From assembly GCA_041484665.1 (NCBI GenBank), contig JBGPIA010000001.1, positions 320,001 to 384,000 on the forward strand: a stretch of 64,000 nucleotides of DNA, given 5' to 3'. How positions within the stretch are numbered: position 1 is the stretch's first letter; each line of letters opens with the position of its first letter. The position numbers were made by a program, and so were the translations under genes. Below the pieces are notes generated by a model. It was given only the letters and a program-made list of their open reading frames with translations. It had not been told where the DNA came from and did not search any database. Origin of the DNA: Candidatus Krumholzibacteriia bacterium (GTDB taxonomy: Bacteria > Krumholzibacteriota > Krumholzibacteriia > JAJRXK01). Of this stretch, positions 10,633 through 20,727 are shown piece by piece.

Positions 10633-11736
10633 ATGCGCCCGGATCCCGCGCTGATCGCCCAACAAGCCTTCGACAGCCTGCCGCAGAGCCTGCGCTGCCG
10701 CGAGGGGCTGGCGCCGCTCACCCAGCAGGTCGCTCGAGAGGTGATGAACTTCGCCGAGGGGATCGTCCGCAGCCGTGACCATGACCAGCCCGACGCCGTC
10801 CTCAAGATGCTCTGCGAGGACCTCGAGGCGGCGGTGCTCTTGAGCGACCTGCTGGCGACCCAGCAGGAGGAAGAGGAGCCGCTCACCCCCGAGCAGCGCG
10901 CCGAGCAGATCCTCAAGAAGGCCGAGGAGGTCGTCACCAAGCTCAAGACGGGCGCATCGCTGCAGCAGCTGATCCGCGTCGAGCTGGCCGACACCGATTG
11001 TGGCGCATGCGACCACCCCACCTGCGACGAGTACGCCGTCGCGCTGGCGAAGGGGACCGACAAGGACAATACGAAGTGCGAGCCGGGTGGCCCCAAAGTG
11101 ACCGCCCAGGTCGAGCTGGTGATGGAGGTCTCCGCCGGCCAGACGATCGACCCCGGCAAGATCATCTCGATCGCCGACCAGGCGGCCGAAGTCATCGGCC
11201 ACGAGGGCGGCCTCAAGGTGCTCGAGATCGGCACGGGCCGCGGGTTCCCCGCGCTGCTGCTGTCGCGCATCTACCCCGACGTCGACTTCACGCTCATCGA
11301 GCAGGACGTCAAGCGCGGGTGGTTCTGCAAGCGCCTCGTCAACGTGCTCGGCGCCCGCAACTGCCACGTGCTCACCGGCAAGTGGTCGGACTTCGTCGAC
11401 GAGCTGGCGGCCAAATACGACGTCGTCCTGATGAAGCACCTCAACCTCATCGACGCGGTCACGCGTGGCGTGGCGTTCGCCCGCCCCGGTGGCACCATCG
11501 TGGATTGGCAGGAGCGCAACTGGAGCAGCGCGGCCGCGCAGTACCAGGCGGAGGGCCCCGGCTACCGCCTGCCGCTGATGGCGCCGCGCTATTTCGAGAG
11601 TGAGCCGGTCGCCCGCCAGGTGCTGCTTCTGGTGCGGCGCCCGGAGGAGGAGAAACCCAAGGCGGCTTCCGTCTCCGCGCCCGGGCCGGACGCGCCGGCG
11701 CACGCTCCCGACGACAAGGACGCGGTCACGGCCTGA
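10633..11736 (+). CDS. RsmG/GidB-like class I SAM methyltransferase with inserted RnfB-type Fe-S (CxxCxxxxC..C) domain
   Basis: KVLEIGTGRGFPALLLSRIYPDVDFTLIE..KR..F is RsmG-like. DCGACDHPTCDEYAVAL..CEPGG matches the RnfB N-terminal cluster motif. Confidence 0.7.
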   Translation: MRPDPALIAQQAFDSLPQSLRCREGLAPLTQQVAREVMNFAEGIVRSRDHDQPDAVLKMLCEDLEAAVLLSDLLATQQEEEEPLTPEQRAEQILKKAEEVVTKLKTGASLQQLIRVELADTDCGACDHPTCDEYAVALAKGTDKDNTKCEPGGPKVTAQVELVMEVSAGQTIDPGKIISIADQAAEVIGHEGGLKVLEIGTGRGFPALLLSRIYPDVDFTLIEQDVKRGWFCKRLVNVLGARNCHVLTGKWSDFVDELAAKYDVVLMKHLNLIDAVTRGVAFARPGGTIVDWQERNWSSAAAQYQAEGPGYRLPLMAPRYFESEPVARQVLLLVRRPEEEKPKAASVSAPGPDAPAHAPDDKDAVTA

Positions 11737-11860
11737 GGGGTCGTCCGACGGCGTGCCGGAACGCCATGCTGGCGGACGCCCCGAGGGCTGGCTGACCTGG
11801 GTTCGCCATACCTGCGGCCTGGCCCGTGGCGCGGTCCGTGCGGAACGGGAGGGCTCGGCT

Positions 11861-12229
11861 TTGCTGCGCAACATCACTCTCGGCGCCCTGCTCGGTGTGC
11901 TGCTCGGGGCGGGCGCGTCGATCTTGCCCGGCCTGCTAGCGGGCGTTGCGGCGACGCCGCTGCCCGGCCTGCGCTTGGGGATCGTATTCTGGACCGCGAC
12001 GATGGCGGCTATCGGTGGCTTCCTGGGCTGGATGGGCGGCTGGATCCTCTTGCAGAGCGGCGACGCTCCCAAGATGCGCGTCAGCCTTCCCCTCACCGGG
12101 CCGGTGCTGGCCACCTTCGCGTGCCTGCTGACGGGCGAGCGGTTCCTGCTTCCTGTGGTTTCGTCGCTGGTCCTGGGATGGACGGTTGGCCGGCTCGTCC
12201 GCCGTCCGGCCGCGACGCCCGCCGCTTGA
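11861..12229 (+). CDS. Small integral membrane protein (about 4 TM helices)
   Basis: TTG start after GGGAGGG. Gly/Leu-rich hydrophobic stretches throughout. Confidence 0.6.
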   Translation: MLRNITLGALLGVLLGAGASILPGLLAGVAATPLPGLRLGIVFWTATMAAIGGFLGWMGGWILLQSGDAPKMRVSLPLTGPVLATFACLLTGERFLLPVVSSLVLGWTVGRLVRRPAATPAA

Positions 12230-12308
12230 CGGATCGGCCGCCAGCGCCTAAGCAAGGGGGGCCCCGCCGCCCGTCCGGCCGCACCTCCAACCGGGGAGCT
12301 TCCACGCC

Positions 12309-13064
12309 ATGACCGACCGTGAGGTGAAGAAGGGACGCCCCCTGCTGCTCTATGGAATCGCCGTGGTGATCATCGCCGCTGCCGCGCTCTATCTATTCTG
12401 GCCGCGCAGCAAGGAGCACACGCCCGGCGCTCTCACCTTCACTCCACAGGGCAGCGAGCCGTCCGCGGTCGCGGAGGGCTCCGCGGGTGCGACGCCCGCG
12501 GCTTCAGGGTCGGGGGGGCAGCGGCAAACGCGCACGGACCTGGGTGACGTACCACCGCCCAGCGAGTCCGAGCCGAGCCCGGGAGAGTTGCACCCGGCCG
12601 AACCCGCGGGGGCAGCCGCGCGGACCGGCGCCGCCGCGGCCAGGGGCACTGCAAGCGCGGAGCTGAGCACTGCCGAGACCGGAGAGATCGTGGCGGCCAA
12701 CCCGACGCGTCACGCGGCGGCCTCGACGCAACCCTTCGCGAAGCCTCCCCGTACCGGACCGACCGGCATCAGGACCGGGCCAGCCCAAGCCGAGATCGTT
12801 CCCACGCCCGGCACGACCGGCGCGTATCTGGTCTGGCTGGGCAGCTTCCAGAATCAGGAGAACGCTCGAAAGCGCGTGTCCCAGCTGGCGGAAGCTGGGT
12901 TCGACGGCGTGATCGTCCCGGTGGACATGCCCAACGCCGGACGTTTCTACCGTGTGCGCGTGGGGTTCTTCCGCGACGTGAAGGCCGCCCAGATGTTCGG
13001 CGACGCGATGGCCAAGCGGTTCGAGATCACCTACTGGGTGGACAGCCGCGAGCCTCAGCGCTGA
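12309..13064 (+). CDS. SPOR domain protein
   Basis: N-terminal TM, Pro/Ala linker, then YLVWLGSFQNQENA...FYRVRVGFF (SPOR). Confidence 0.85.
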   Translation: MTDREVKKGRPLLLYGIAVVIIAAAALYLFWPRSKEHTPGALTFTPQGSEPSAVAEGSAGATPAASGSGGQRQTRTDLGDVPPPSESEPSPGELHPAEPAGAAARTGAAAARGTASAELSTAETGEIVAANPTRHAAASTQPFAKPPRTGPTGIRTGPAQAEIVPTPGTTGAYLVWLGSFQNQENARKRVSQLAEAGFDGVIVPVDMPNAGRFYRVRVGFFRDVKAAQMFGDAMAKRFEITYWVDSREPQR

Positions 13065-13265
13065 GTGCCGCGCCGGCGCCCGACGAACCGTGCCCTGCGC
13101 CGGCTGTCGACTCCTGATCGCCGGCATCGCGCCGAAAGCCGCAGCTTTCGGCTCCGCGCGGCGGCCGTTATACTCAGCAGCACGCGCCTCCCTGCTCGGT
13201 TAGCCGCGCTCCCCCGGCCAGCCGGCGCATCCCCGACCCCGCACGATCGGACGAGGACGACTCCC

Positions 13266-15389
13266 TTGAAGAACGGCAAGCGAGCCAATGCCCTGCAGAC
13301 CACGACAGACCCCAAAGGCGAGGATCTCCTGGCGGCCTATCGCAACATGGCGCTCTCGCGCTACGTCGATGACGAGGAGATCCGGCTCAAGCGGCTGAAC
13401 CAGTACTACTTCCAGATCTCGGGGGCCGGGCACGAAGCGATCCTCACCGCCGCCGGCACCGTCCTGCGGCCAGCCTACGACTGGTTCCTGCTTTACTACC
13501 GCGACCGGGCGCTGTGTCTGCGGCTGGGGATGACTCCACACGAGATGTTCCTGCAAGGCGTGGGCGCCGAGTCCGACCCCAATAGCGGCGGCCGCCAGAT
13601 GCCCGCCCATTGGGGCCACGAGCAGCTCCACATCATCAGCAAGAGCAGCTGCACGGGGATGCACGCGCTCCACGCCGTGGGCATCGCCGAGGCGGGCCGC
13701 TACCTGGAGCGGATCGAGGAAGCGCGGGCGAGGGCGTCGGCGTTCCATCGCGACGAGGTGGTCCTCCTCTCGATCGGCGACGGCGGCCTCAGCGAGGGGG
13801 AGTTCTGGGAGGCCCTCAATAGCGCCTGCAACATGAAGCTGCCGGTGCTGGTGCTGGTGGAGGACAACGGCTACGCCATCTCGGTGCCGCGCAGCGTGCA
13901 GGCTGCCGGCGTGCCGATCCACGAGCAGGTGGCGTCGTTCCCCAATTTGCGCACGTGGGACGTGGACGGCACCGATTTCCCGGCCAGCCTGCGCGTCATG
14001 AGCGAGGCCGTCGCCCATTGCCGCGACCGCCGCGGCGTGGCCCTGGTGCGCGCGACGTGCATCCGGCCCTACGCGCACAGCATGAGCGATGACGACAAGC
14101 TCTACCGCCCCAAGGCGGAGATGGAGGCGGACCTGCACCGCGATCCGCTGACGCGCATGCGCGGCTGGCTCATTGCCGAGGACGCTGCGACCGCCGAGAA
14201 GCTCGACGCGCTGGGAGCGCAGTGGCGGGCCGAGGTGCGCGAGGCCTCCGAGCGCGCGCTGATTGCGCCGCGCCACGACCCCGACAAAGCGGAGCTGTAT
14301 CTTTACAGCCCCGACGTCGATCCCTCCTCTGCGCAGTTCGAGGCGCAGCCGGCGGCGGACGGGGCGCCGGTCACCATGGTCGAGGCGGTCAACCGCGTCC
14401 TGCACGAGGAGATGCGCCGCGATGCGCGCGTGCTCGTGTTCGGCGAGGATGTGGCGGACGCCACCAACGTCGACGTGCTCCAGGAGTGCAAGGGCAAGGG
14501 CGGGGTCTTCAAGGCCACCCACGGTCTGACCAAGGAGTTCGGTGCGCAGCGCTGCTTCAACTCGCCGCTGGCCGAGGCCAATATCGTCGGTCGTGCCGTG
14601 GGGATGGCGCTGCGCGGGCTGAAACCAGTCGTGGAGATCCAGTTCTACGACTACATCTGGCCTGCCTACATGCAGATCAAGAACGAGCTGGCGCTGATGC
14701 GCTGGCGCAGCTTCAACCACTGGAAGGCGCCGGTGGTGATCCGCGTGGCGGCCGGCGGTTATCTGGGCGGCGGCGCCATCTACCACAGCCAGAGCGGCGT
14801 GCATCTCTTCGCATCGCTGCCGGGGCTGCGCGTGGTGATGCCCAGCAATGCCGCCGATGCGGCCGGACTCCTGCGCACAGCGATCCGCTGCGACGACCCG
14901 GTGTTGTTCCTGGAGCACAAGCACCTCTACCGGCAGCCCTACGCCAAAGCGCCCTACCCCGGGCCGGAGTACACGGTCCCCTTCGGCAAGGCCCGCGTGA
15001 CGATGGCCGGTGATGACATCACGGTCGTGACCTTCGGCGCGCTGGTGCGTCGCAGCGAGATGGCCGCCAAGCAGGTCGAGCGGGAGTTCGGCCTGTCCAT
15101 CGAAGTGATCGACCTGCGCTCGCTGGCGCCTTGGGACCACGACACCGTGGCGGCAAGCGTCCGCAAGACCGGACGCTGCCTGGTGGTCTACGAGGACAAC
15201 CGCACGCTCGGCTTCGGAGCCGAGGTGGCTGCCTGGGTCGCCGACGAGGTGTTCGAATGGCTGGACGCGCCCGTGCGCCGCGTGGCGGCCATGGACGTTC
15301 CGGTTGCCTACGCTCCGGCCACGGAGGATCGCATCCTCCCGCAGCAAGAGAACGTCTACGCGGCCCTGATGGAGTTGGCGGGGTACTGA
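13266..15389 (+). CDS. 2-oxoacid (2-oxoisovalerate/pyruvate) dehydrogenase E1, fused alpha/beta subunits
   Basis: SGAGHEA, YYRDR, GDGG..EG..WEALN (TPP motif), [35 protein letters not shown] and EVIDLRSL. Start approximate. Confidence 0.92.
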   Translation: MKNGKRANALQTTTDPKGEDLLAAYRNMALSRYVDDEEIRLKRLNQYYFQISGAGHEAILTAAGTVLRPAYDWFLLYYRDRALCLRLGMTPHEMFLQGVGAESDPNSGGRQMPAHWGHEQLHIISKSSCTGMHALHAVGIAEAGRYLERIEEARARASAFHRDEVVLLSIGDGGLSEGEFWEALNSACNMKLPVLVLVEDNGYAISVPRSVQAAGVPIHEQVASFPNLRTWDVDGTDFPASLRVMSEAVAHCRDRRGVALVRATCIRPYAHSMSDDDKLYRPKAEMEADLHRDPLTRMRGWLIAEDAATAEKLDALGAQWRAEVREASERALIAPRHDPDKAELYLYSPDVDPSSAQFEAQPAADGAPVTMVEAVNRVLHEEMRRDARVLVFGEDVADATNVDVLQECKGKGGVFKATHGLTKEFGAQRCFNSPLAEANIVGRAVGMALRGLKPVVEIQFYDYIWPAYMQIKNELALMRWRSFNHWKAPVVIRVAAGGYLGGGAIYHSQSGVHLFASLPGLRVVMPSNAADAAGLLRTAIRCDDPVLFLEHKHLYRQPYAKAPYPGPEYTVPFGKARVTMAGDDITVVTFGALVRRSEMAAKQVEREFGLSIEVIDLRSLAPWDHDTVAASVRKTGRCLVVYEDNRTLGFGAEVAAWVADEVFEWLDAPVRRVAAMDVPVAYAPATEDRILPQQENVYAALMELAGY

Positions 15390-15508
15390 GACTCCCTGCC
15401 CACGCGATGGCGGACCGGGGCCAAGTCGCCTGGACCCGGCAGTGGACGGTCGGATCCTCTACGAGTCGGGCGCTATTCCGATTGCCGCTGCTGCGCGGTG
15501 CGCCCACA

Positions 15509-16081
15509 TCATCGCGTCGCCTTGGCCGGGACCATGAGGGGGATCAGGCTCTCCGTGAGCGCGTCGCGCGTGCGGAGGATCGTGGAGCCCACGTTGATCA
15601 GGTGAGACGGCTCGTCGTCCCAGCGGGATTGGCGGTCGTACAGGAGGTAGGTGTCCCACCAGACTCCCTCTCCAGCGCCGTAGTGGGAGTTCGCCGCGAA
15701 CCAGCTCCCCAGCAGTTTGTCCTTGTCCCAGAAGTGTGCCACGCGCGGATCGCGCATGAGTCTGGCGGACCAGGCTGCGCGCCGGTCCATGAACACCATG
15801 TTGAACCACACGGCGTAGACCTTGAGGTCGGATTCGGGATGCTTCTCGAGGATTTCCTGCTGCACCCACCGGGCGCCTGCGACGCAGGCGGGTCAGGTGG
15901 GGGACACCAGCAGGATGAGGCGCGGCGAACCGGCATCGGCGTTGAAAACCGCCTTGAACTCCTCGAGAGTTCCGACCGCTCGCAGGTCGGTTGAGCCGGG
16001 CGAGCCGCCACCGCACGCGACCGCCAAGCTGCACGAAAGAGCGAGGGCCAGCGCCGCGCGCCGGGAGTCTCTGCAACGCAT
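15509..16081 (-). CDS. Putative selenoprotein: thioredoxin-fold lipoprotein with UxxC motif (UGA at 15893-15895 read as Sec)
   Basis: ORFs 15893..16279 and 15509..15865 are in one frame joined by TGA, giving LILLVSPT-U-PACVAGARWV. ATG 16081 follows GGAGG, lipobox-like LAVAC, SECIS-like hairpin after the UGA. Confidence 0.75.
15856..15888 (-). promoter_or_regulatory. Candidate bacterial SECIS element
   Basis: After the UGA, CCUGC(+5..9) pairs with GCAGG(+33..37). Upper stem GCGCCC/GGGUGC closes a GGU loop at +23..25. Confidence 0.6.
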
Positions 16082-16361
16082 CCTCTGGACACCTCCGCGG
16101 GGGGCGCATCGTCGGACGTCACGGTCGGCTCTCAAAGCGGTGCAATCATGTATCAGCGCGACCGATTCCTCCAGCTCCAAGACCCCCGGCCGGCCTGCAT
16201 CAGGGACTTCGCAACGGATGTCCGGCTCCCTCCAAGCGATCGTCGCTTGTGGGTGGCGCCGTTTCGCCGCTAGAATCACCCTCGGCCAGGCCCCCTCCGC
16301 CCGCCACGCACGCTTTGGTCCTGCAGTTCGTTCGCTTGACCCGGAACTTCACCGCGGTTCC

Positions 16362-19226
16362 ATGCGCATCGCCCTGGTGCTCGCGTGCTTCTTCCTTTCG
16401 GGAGCCGCAGGCCTGATCTACGAGGTCTGCTGGATTCGTGCGGCCACGCTGCTGCTGGGCTCGACCTCGTACGCGTTGGGCGCGGTGCTCGCGGTGTACT
16501 TCCTCGGGCTGGCGGCGGGCAGCTACGTCCTGGGGCGCATCGCACAGCGCGTTCGAACACCCCTCCAGCTCTTCGCGCGCATCGAGCTCGTAGTGGGATT
16601 GCTGGCGGCGCTGAGTCTGCCGCTGCTGCACGCGCTGACGCCGCTGTACGGGGCCATCTATCGCGCGACGGGCGGGCAGCCGCAGGCGGCGTTCCTGGCG
16701 CGCCTGGCGGTGCTGTCGCTCGTACTGCTCCCCCCGACGTTTCTCATGGGCGGCGCGCTTCCGCTGCTGTGCCGGCAGTTCGTGACTGACGCGTCGCGCG
16801 TGGCGCGAGGCGTGGGCAGGCTCTACGCCTTGAACACCTTCGGAGCGGCGGTGGGATGCGCAGTGACCGGGCTCGTGCTGGTGCCGGCTCTCGGAATGCA
16901 GTCCACGGTGTTGATCGGCGTCGGCGTCAGCATGCTGTGCGGCCTCGCGGTGATGGGCGTTCGCTTGCCGGGGCCGACGCTCCCCGCAACAACCGCCGCG
17001 GGAGCGTGGCCGGCCACGACCGATCCGACTGGAGCCCGCCGGGCTCCCGTCGGGTTGCCGCGCGACTTTGAGCCGACGCTCGTAGCGCTGCTCTTCTTCG
17101 TGACGGGGCTGGTGGCACTGGGGCAGGAAGTGCTCTGGACACGGTATCTCGCTCTCTTGGTGCGCAGCACGTTCACGACGGCAACGCTGACGTTGACGGT
17201 GGTGCTGGCCGGCATCGTGCTGGGCAGCCTGCTGAGCGCGTGGGCCAACGACCGGACGGCCGCGCGCGCCCGCCGGTTCGGCCTGCTGCAGGCGCTCACG
17301 GGGCTCTCGCTGCTGACCCTGATGCTCCTTCCGCCGTCCGCGTGGCACGCGTTGGGCGGCCAGCTGCCGACCCTCTTCGTCTTGATGCTGCCGGTCGCCG
17401 CGCTCTCGGGTGCGCTGTATCCCCTCGCGGTGAGCATGGTGGTGTCGGATGCGCGGCTGGCCCCTGCCGGGGTCGGCCGCATGTCAGCCGTCAACACGCT
17501 GGGCGGGATCGTAGGCTCGCTCGCATTCGCATTCGTGATCCTGCCCGGCCTCGGACTGCGCTCGAGCGCGCTCTTGTCCTCGGGGTTGAGCGTCGCGTGT
17601 GGGGTCGCGGCCTGGTTGGCGATCGACCGCAGCGGGACCTGGCGCGATCGTGGGCTGCTGTGCGCAGCAGCGCTCGCGCTCTGGCTGCTGCTGCCTGCCG
17701 TGTTGCGCACGCGCCTGCCGGCCGACTTCCTGGCCAGCCGCGACGCGCTGGTGGACTATCGCGAGGGCCGTGAGTCGAACCTGGCCGTGGTCCGCCGGGA
17801 GGACGCGCAGGTGCTTGAGATCGACCACTGGTGGCAAGGGCAGGACCGGCCGACCCATCAGATCGTCGCCGCCCATCTGCCGATGCTCCTGCACCCGGAT
17901 CCACGCCGCGTGCTGGTCGTCGGTGTGGGCGCGGGCCAGACGCCGGACCGCTTCACCTACTACGGCCTGCAGCGCCTCGTCTGCGTCGACATCGAGCCCG
18001 CCGTGTTCGAGCTGATCCGCGAGCATTTCGACGCTGGCTGGATGTCCGATCCAAGGGTGATCCTGCTGCGGGAGGACGGCCGCAACTATCTGCAGCACGC
18101 CGCCGACCGCTACGACATCGTCTCCCTCGAGCTGGGTCAGGTCTTCCGGCCCGGCGTGGCGGCCTTCTACACCGTCGAGCTCTACCAGTCCGTGCGCAAT
18201 CGCCTGGAACCGGGTGGGGTTGCCTGCCAGTTCGTGCCGACGTCGTTCCTCACGCCCGAGGCGCTGTGCAGCGTGATCCGCACGTTCGCGAGCGTCTTCC
18301 CGCACTGCATGCTCTGGTACAATACCTCCGAGCTGCTGTTGCTGGGCGGCCGCGATGGGCTCCCGCGCGTAGACTTCACAGCGTTGGCGCAACGCCTGGC
18401 GCAGCCGCGCATCGCGCAGGACCTGCGTTACAGCCACTGGGGCGGCGCCGCGGAGCAGCTAGGGCGGCCCAGCGCGCTGCTCGGCAGCTACCTGTGCGGA
18501 CCGGCCGAGTTGGAGGCGATCGCGGCGGGAGCGCCACTCCTGCGCGACGACCGGCCCGTTCTCGAAGTCACGGCGCGGGCGGCGGACGAGCTGCAGGCGC
18601 GCGAGCTTCCAATCGTGGAGCTCCTGCGCGGCCATCTGGGGTCGTTCGAGCAGCTGACGCTCGACCCGCTCCCGCCCGATTCGATGGCAGTGGCCGCTTC
18701 GATCCGCGCGGCGAATCTGGGGGACATGGTGGCCAGCGCGCTGCTCCGCCGCGTGGAGAGCGTGCGCCAGTCGGGGAGCACACCCGAGCTGCGCGCGCTG
18801 CTGGCGCGGGCGCTGGAGGCCAATCCACGCAGCGTGCTCGGGCTGCGCCTGATGGGAGACGCGCTCACGCTCTCGCAGGAGTTCGCAGAAGCGCGCCACG
18901 ACTACGAGCGCGCGATCGCGCTGCGACCGGAGGACGCGCGCGCGCTGCGGGGCTTGGCGGTTCTGCTGCACCGCACTGGAGACCTGACGGGAGCCGTCGA
19001 ACGGTATCGCCATCTGCTGGCGCTGCGCCCCGCGGATGCGGAGTTGCACAACAACATCGGGGTCGCGCTCGCCCAGCAGGGCGATCTGCCCGCGGCCCGC
19101 CAGCACTTCGCCGAGGCGGTGCGGTTGCAACCGGGCTACGACGAGGCCGCCCGCAATCTGGCGAAGGCGCAAGCTGCGCTCGGTGGAGCGCAGACTCCAC
19201 GCCCGGGCGCTGCGCGCGGCGAGTAG
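16362..19226 (+). CDS. Fused membrane domain / spermidine synthase-like SAM domain with C-terminal TPRs
   Basis: FFLSGAAGLIYEVCW duplicated membrane module, RVLVVGVGAGQT, VDIEPAV, EDGRNYL, then TPR repeats (HNNIGVALAQQG). Confidence 0.88.
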   Translation: MRIALVLACFFLSGAAGLIYEVCWIRAATLLLGSTSYALGAVLAVYFLGLAAGSYVLGRIAQRVRTPLQLFARIELVVGLLAALSLPLLHALTPLYGAIYRATGGQPQAAFLARLAVLSLVLLPPTFLMGGALPLLCRQFVTDASRVARGVGRLYALNTFGAAVGCAVTGLVLVPALGMQSTVLIGVGVSMLCGLAVMGVRLPGPTLPATTAAGAWPATTDPTGARRAPVGLPRDFEPTLVALLFFVTGLVALGQEVLWTRYLALLVRSTFTTATLTLTVVLAGIVLGSLLSAWANDRTAARARRFGLLQALTGLSLLTLMLLPPSAWHALGGQLPTLFVLMLPVAALSGALYPLAVSMVVSDARLAPAGVGRMSAVNTLGGIVGSLAFAFVILPGLGLRSSALLSSGLSVACGVAAWLAIDRSGTWRDRGLLCAAALALWLLLPAVLRTRLPADFLASRDALVDYREGRESNLAVVRREDAQVLEIDHWWQGQDRPTHQIVAAHLPMLLHPDPRRVLVVGVGAGQTPDRFTYYGLQRLVCVDIEPAVFELIREHFDAGWMSDPRVILLREDGRNYLQHAADRYDIVSLELGQVFRPGVAAFYTVELYQSVRNRLEPGGVACQFVPTSFLTPEALCSVIRTFASVFPHCMLWYNTSELLLLGGRDGLPRVDFTALAQRLAQPRIAQDLRYSHWGGAAEQLGRPSALLGSYLCGPAELEAIAAGAPLLRDDRPVLEVTARAADELQARELPIVELLRGHLGSFEQLTLDPLPPDSMAVAASIRAANLGDMVASALLRRVESVRQSGSTPELRALLARALEANPRSVLGLRLMGDALTLSQEFAEARHDYERAIALRPEDARALRGLAVLLHRTGDLTGAVERYRHLLALRPADAELHNNIGVALAQQGDLPAARQHFAEAVRLQPGYDEAARNLAKAQAALGGAQTPRPGAARGE

Positions 19227-19256
19227 GGACAGTGTCCTCGGGGATCGGGTAGAATC

Positions 19257-19879
19257 ATGGGCGCAGGCCTACGAGAATCTCCCAGCTGCGTTCCCGATTC
19301 TGCACTCTGGTCGTGCTGGGTACAGCGCTCCTTCGTGCGCCCCGCCCAGCCAGCGCGGGGCTCGCCGCTGTGCCGCAGGCGCCGGGCCCCGCCCGCGAGA
19401 CAGTCGAGGGGCCGACCTCGCGGTCGGCCCCGCAGCCGGCGGCGGCGCCCTCAGTCTCGGTGGACGCGGTCAAGGAGCTCATCCGCAACGGTCGCTACGC
19501 CGAGGCGGAGGCGGAAGCCAGGGGCCTGCTCGCGGCGATCGAGACCCGTCAGGGGAACGAGTCGCTCGACGCCGCCACTGCCCTGGACCTGCTGTGCGAA
19601 TCCCTCTGGAGAGGGGGCAAGTCCGCCGCGCCGGAGTCGAGTACGCTCGCGCAGCGCGCCATCACGCTTCACGAGCAGCTCCAGGGGCCCGCGCACGCCG
19701 ACCTGGCGCGCAGCCTCAACAACCTGGCCAACATGTACCGCCTGACGGCGCAGTATCCGCGCGCGAAGTCGCTGTTCGAGCGGGCTCTGGCCATCCGGGA
19801 GAAGGCCCTGGGCCCCGAGCACATCCACACAGCCGGCGTCATGAACAACCCGACCCGCGGACCCGGATCGACAGCGTAG
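19257..19879 (+). pseudogene. Truncated secreted TPR (kinesin-light-chain-type) protein
   Basis: LARSLNNLANMY..A..LFERALAIREKALGPEH repeat breaks off mid-repeat. ATG 19257 is one base out of frame with the signal-like sequence. Confidence 0.6.
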
Positions 19880-19880
19880 C

Positions 19881-20408
19881 TCAGTCGGACCACAACAACA
19901 GCCGCGCGCCGTCGGCGCGCCGCTCATCGAAGACGAGGCCGGGCCCGCGCCGCTGCAGCTCTGCAGGTGACACCTTCAAGACCAGGTGCCTCCAATCGCG
20001 TGCCAGCGCGGCGCTGAGCGTCCCCAGATTGAGCGTCTCGGACATCTTCATGCGCACAAACCAGAAGGGGAACGCCACCCGCAGCAGCTTTCCGCTCGCG
20101 GGCTCCCAGGCCAGCATGTGCAGCGAGTGGAGGGAGACCGGCTGGGACCGCTCCAGCTCGCGGCGCGCGCGCAGGCTCCCGCCCGCGGAGACCTCCAGGT
20201 ATGCGGGACCCCCCCCGGAGCAGGAGATGGCTTCAGAGAATGCGCGCTCCGCGTCCTGCGACGTCGTGCTGGTCAGACTGCTCCAGCGGGAAAGCAGGAA
20301 GGCGCCAAGGCCGCCCAGCACGGCCGCGAACGCCGCCACGGCCAACATCAGGTAGGCCGGCGAGCGCCTCTTGCCTTGCGCGGGTTTGAACCCTGCCGAT
20401 CCTTCCAT
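19881..20408 (-). CDS. Hypothetical protein with one N-terminal TM
   Basis: 175 aa ORF with hydrophobic LMLAVAAFAAVLGGLGAFLL followed by a globular-looking domain. Confidence 0.6.
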   Translation of the reverse strand: MEGSAGFKPAQGKRRSPAYLMLAVAAFAAVLGGLGAFLLSRWSSLTSTTSQDAERAFSEAISCSGGGPAYLEVSAGGSLRARRELERSQPVSLHSLHMLAWEPASGKLLRVAFPFWFVRMKMSETLNLGTLSAALARDWRHLVLKVSPAELQRRGPGLVFDERRADGARLLLWSD

Positions 20409-20727
20409 CCGTACCCTTCGCGACGTTTGTTTCCTTCGCCGCTTCCGTTCACCCGGCTCCTCTGCGGCGATCCCATGCGCCCGGCGGCTCGGGGCGAGCG
20501 CCGGGGCGCTTGAGAGGGCGCCTGCCGGGGCGCCTGGCCCCGGTCATGGCGGCCCGCGTGTCGATGCGCAGGAGATTCCTCCGTGGCCGGGAGGCCGGCA
20601 AGCGTTTGGTATGGGCGCCCGCTGTTCTCCTCCTGCTTTGCCGCGGTGGAAGCGCTTCGTACACTCGGCCCATCGGCGTCGCCTCCCCAGTTGTGACGCT
20701 TGGCTTTGACCAGAGGAGAGTTGCACG

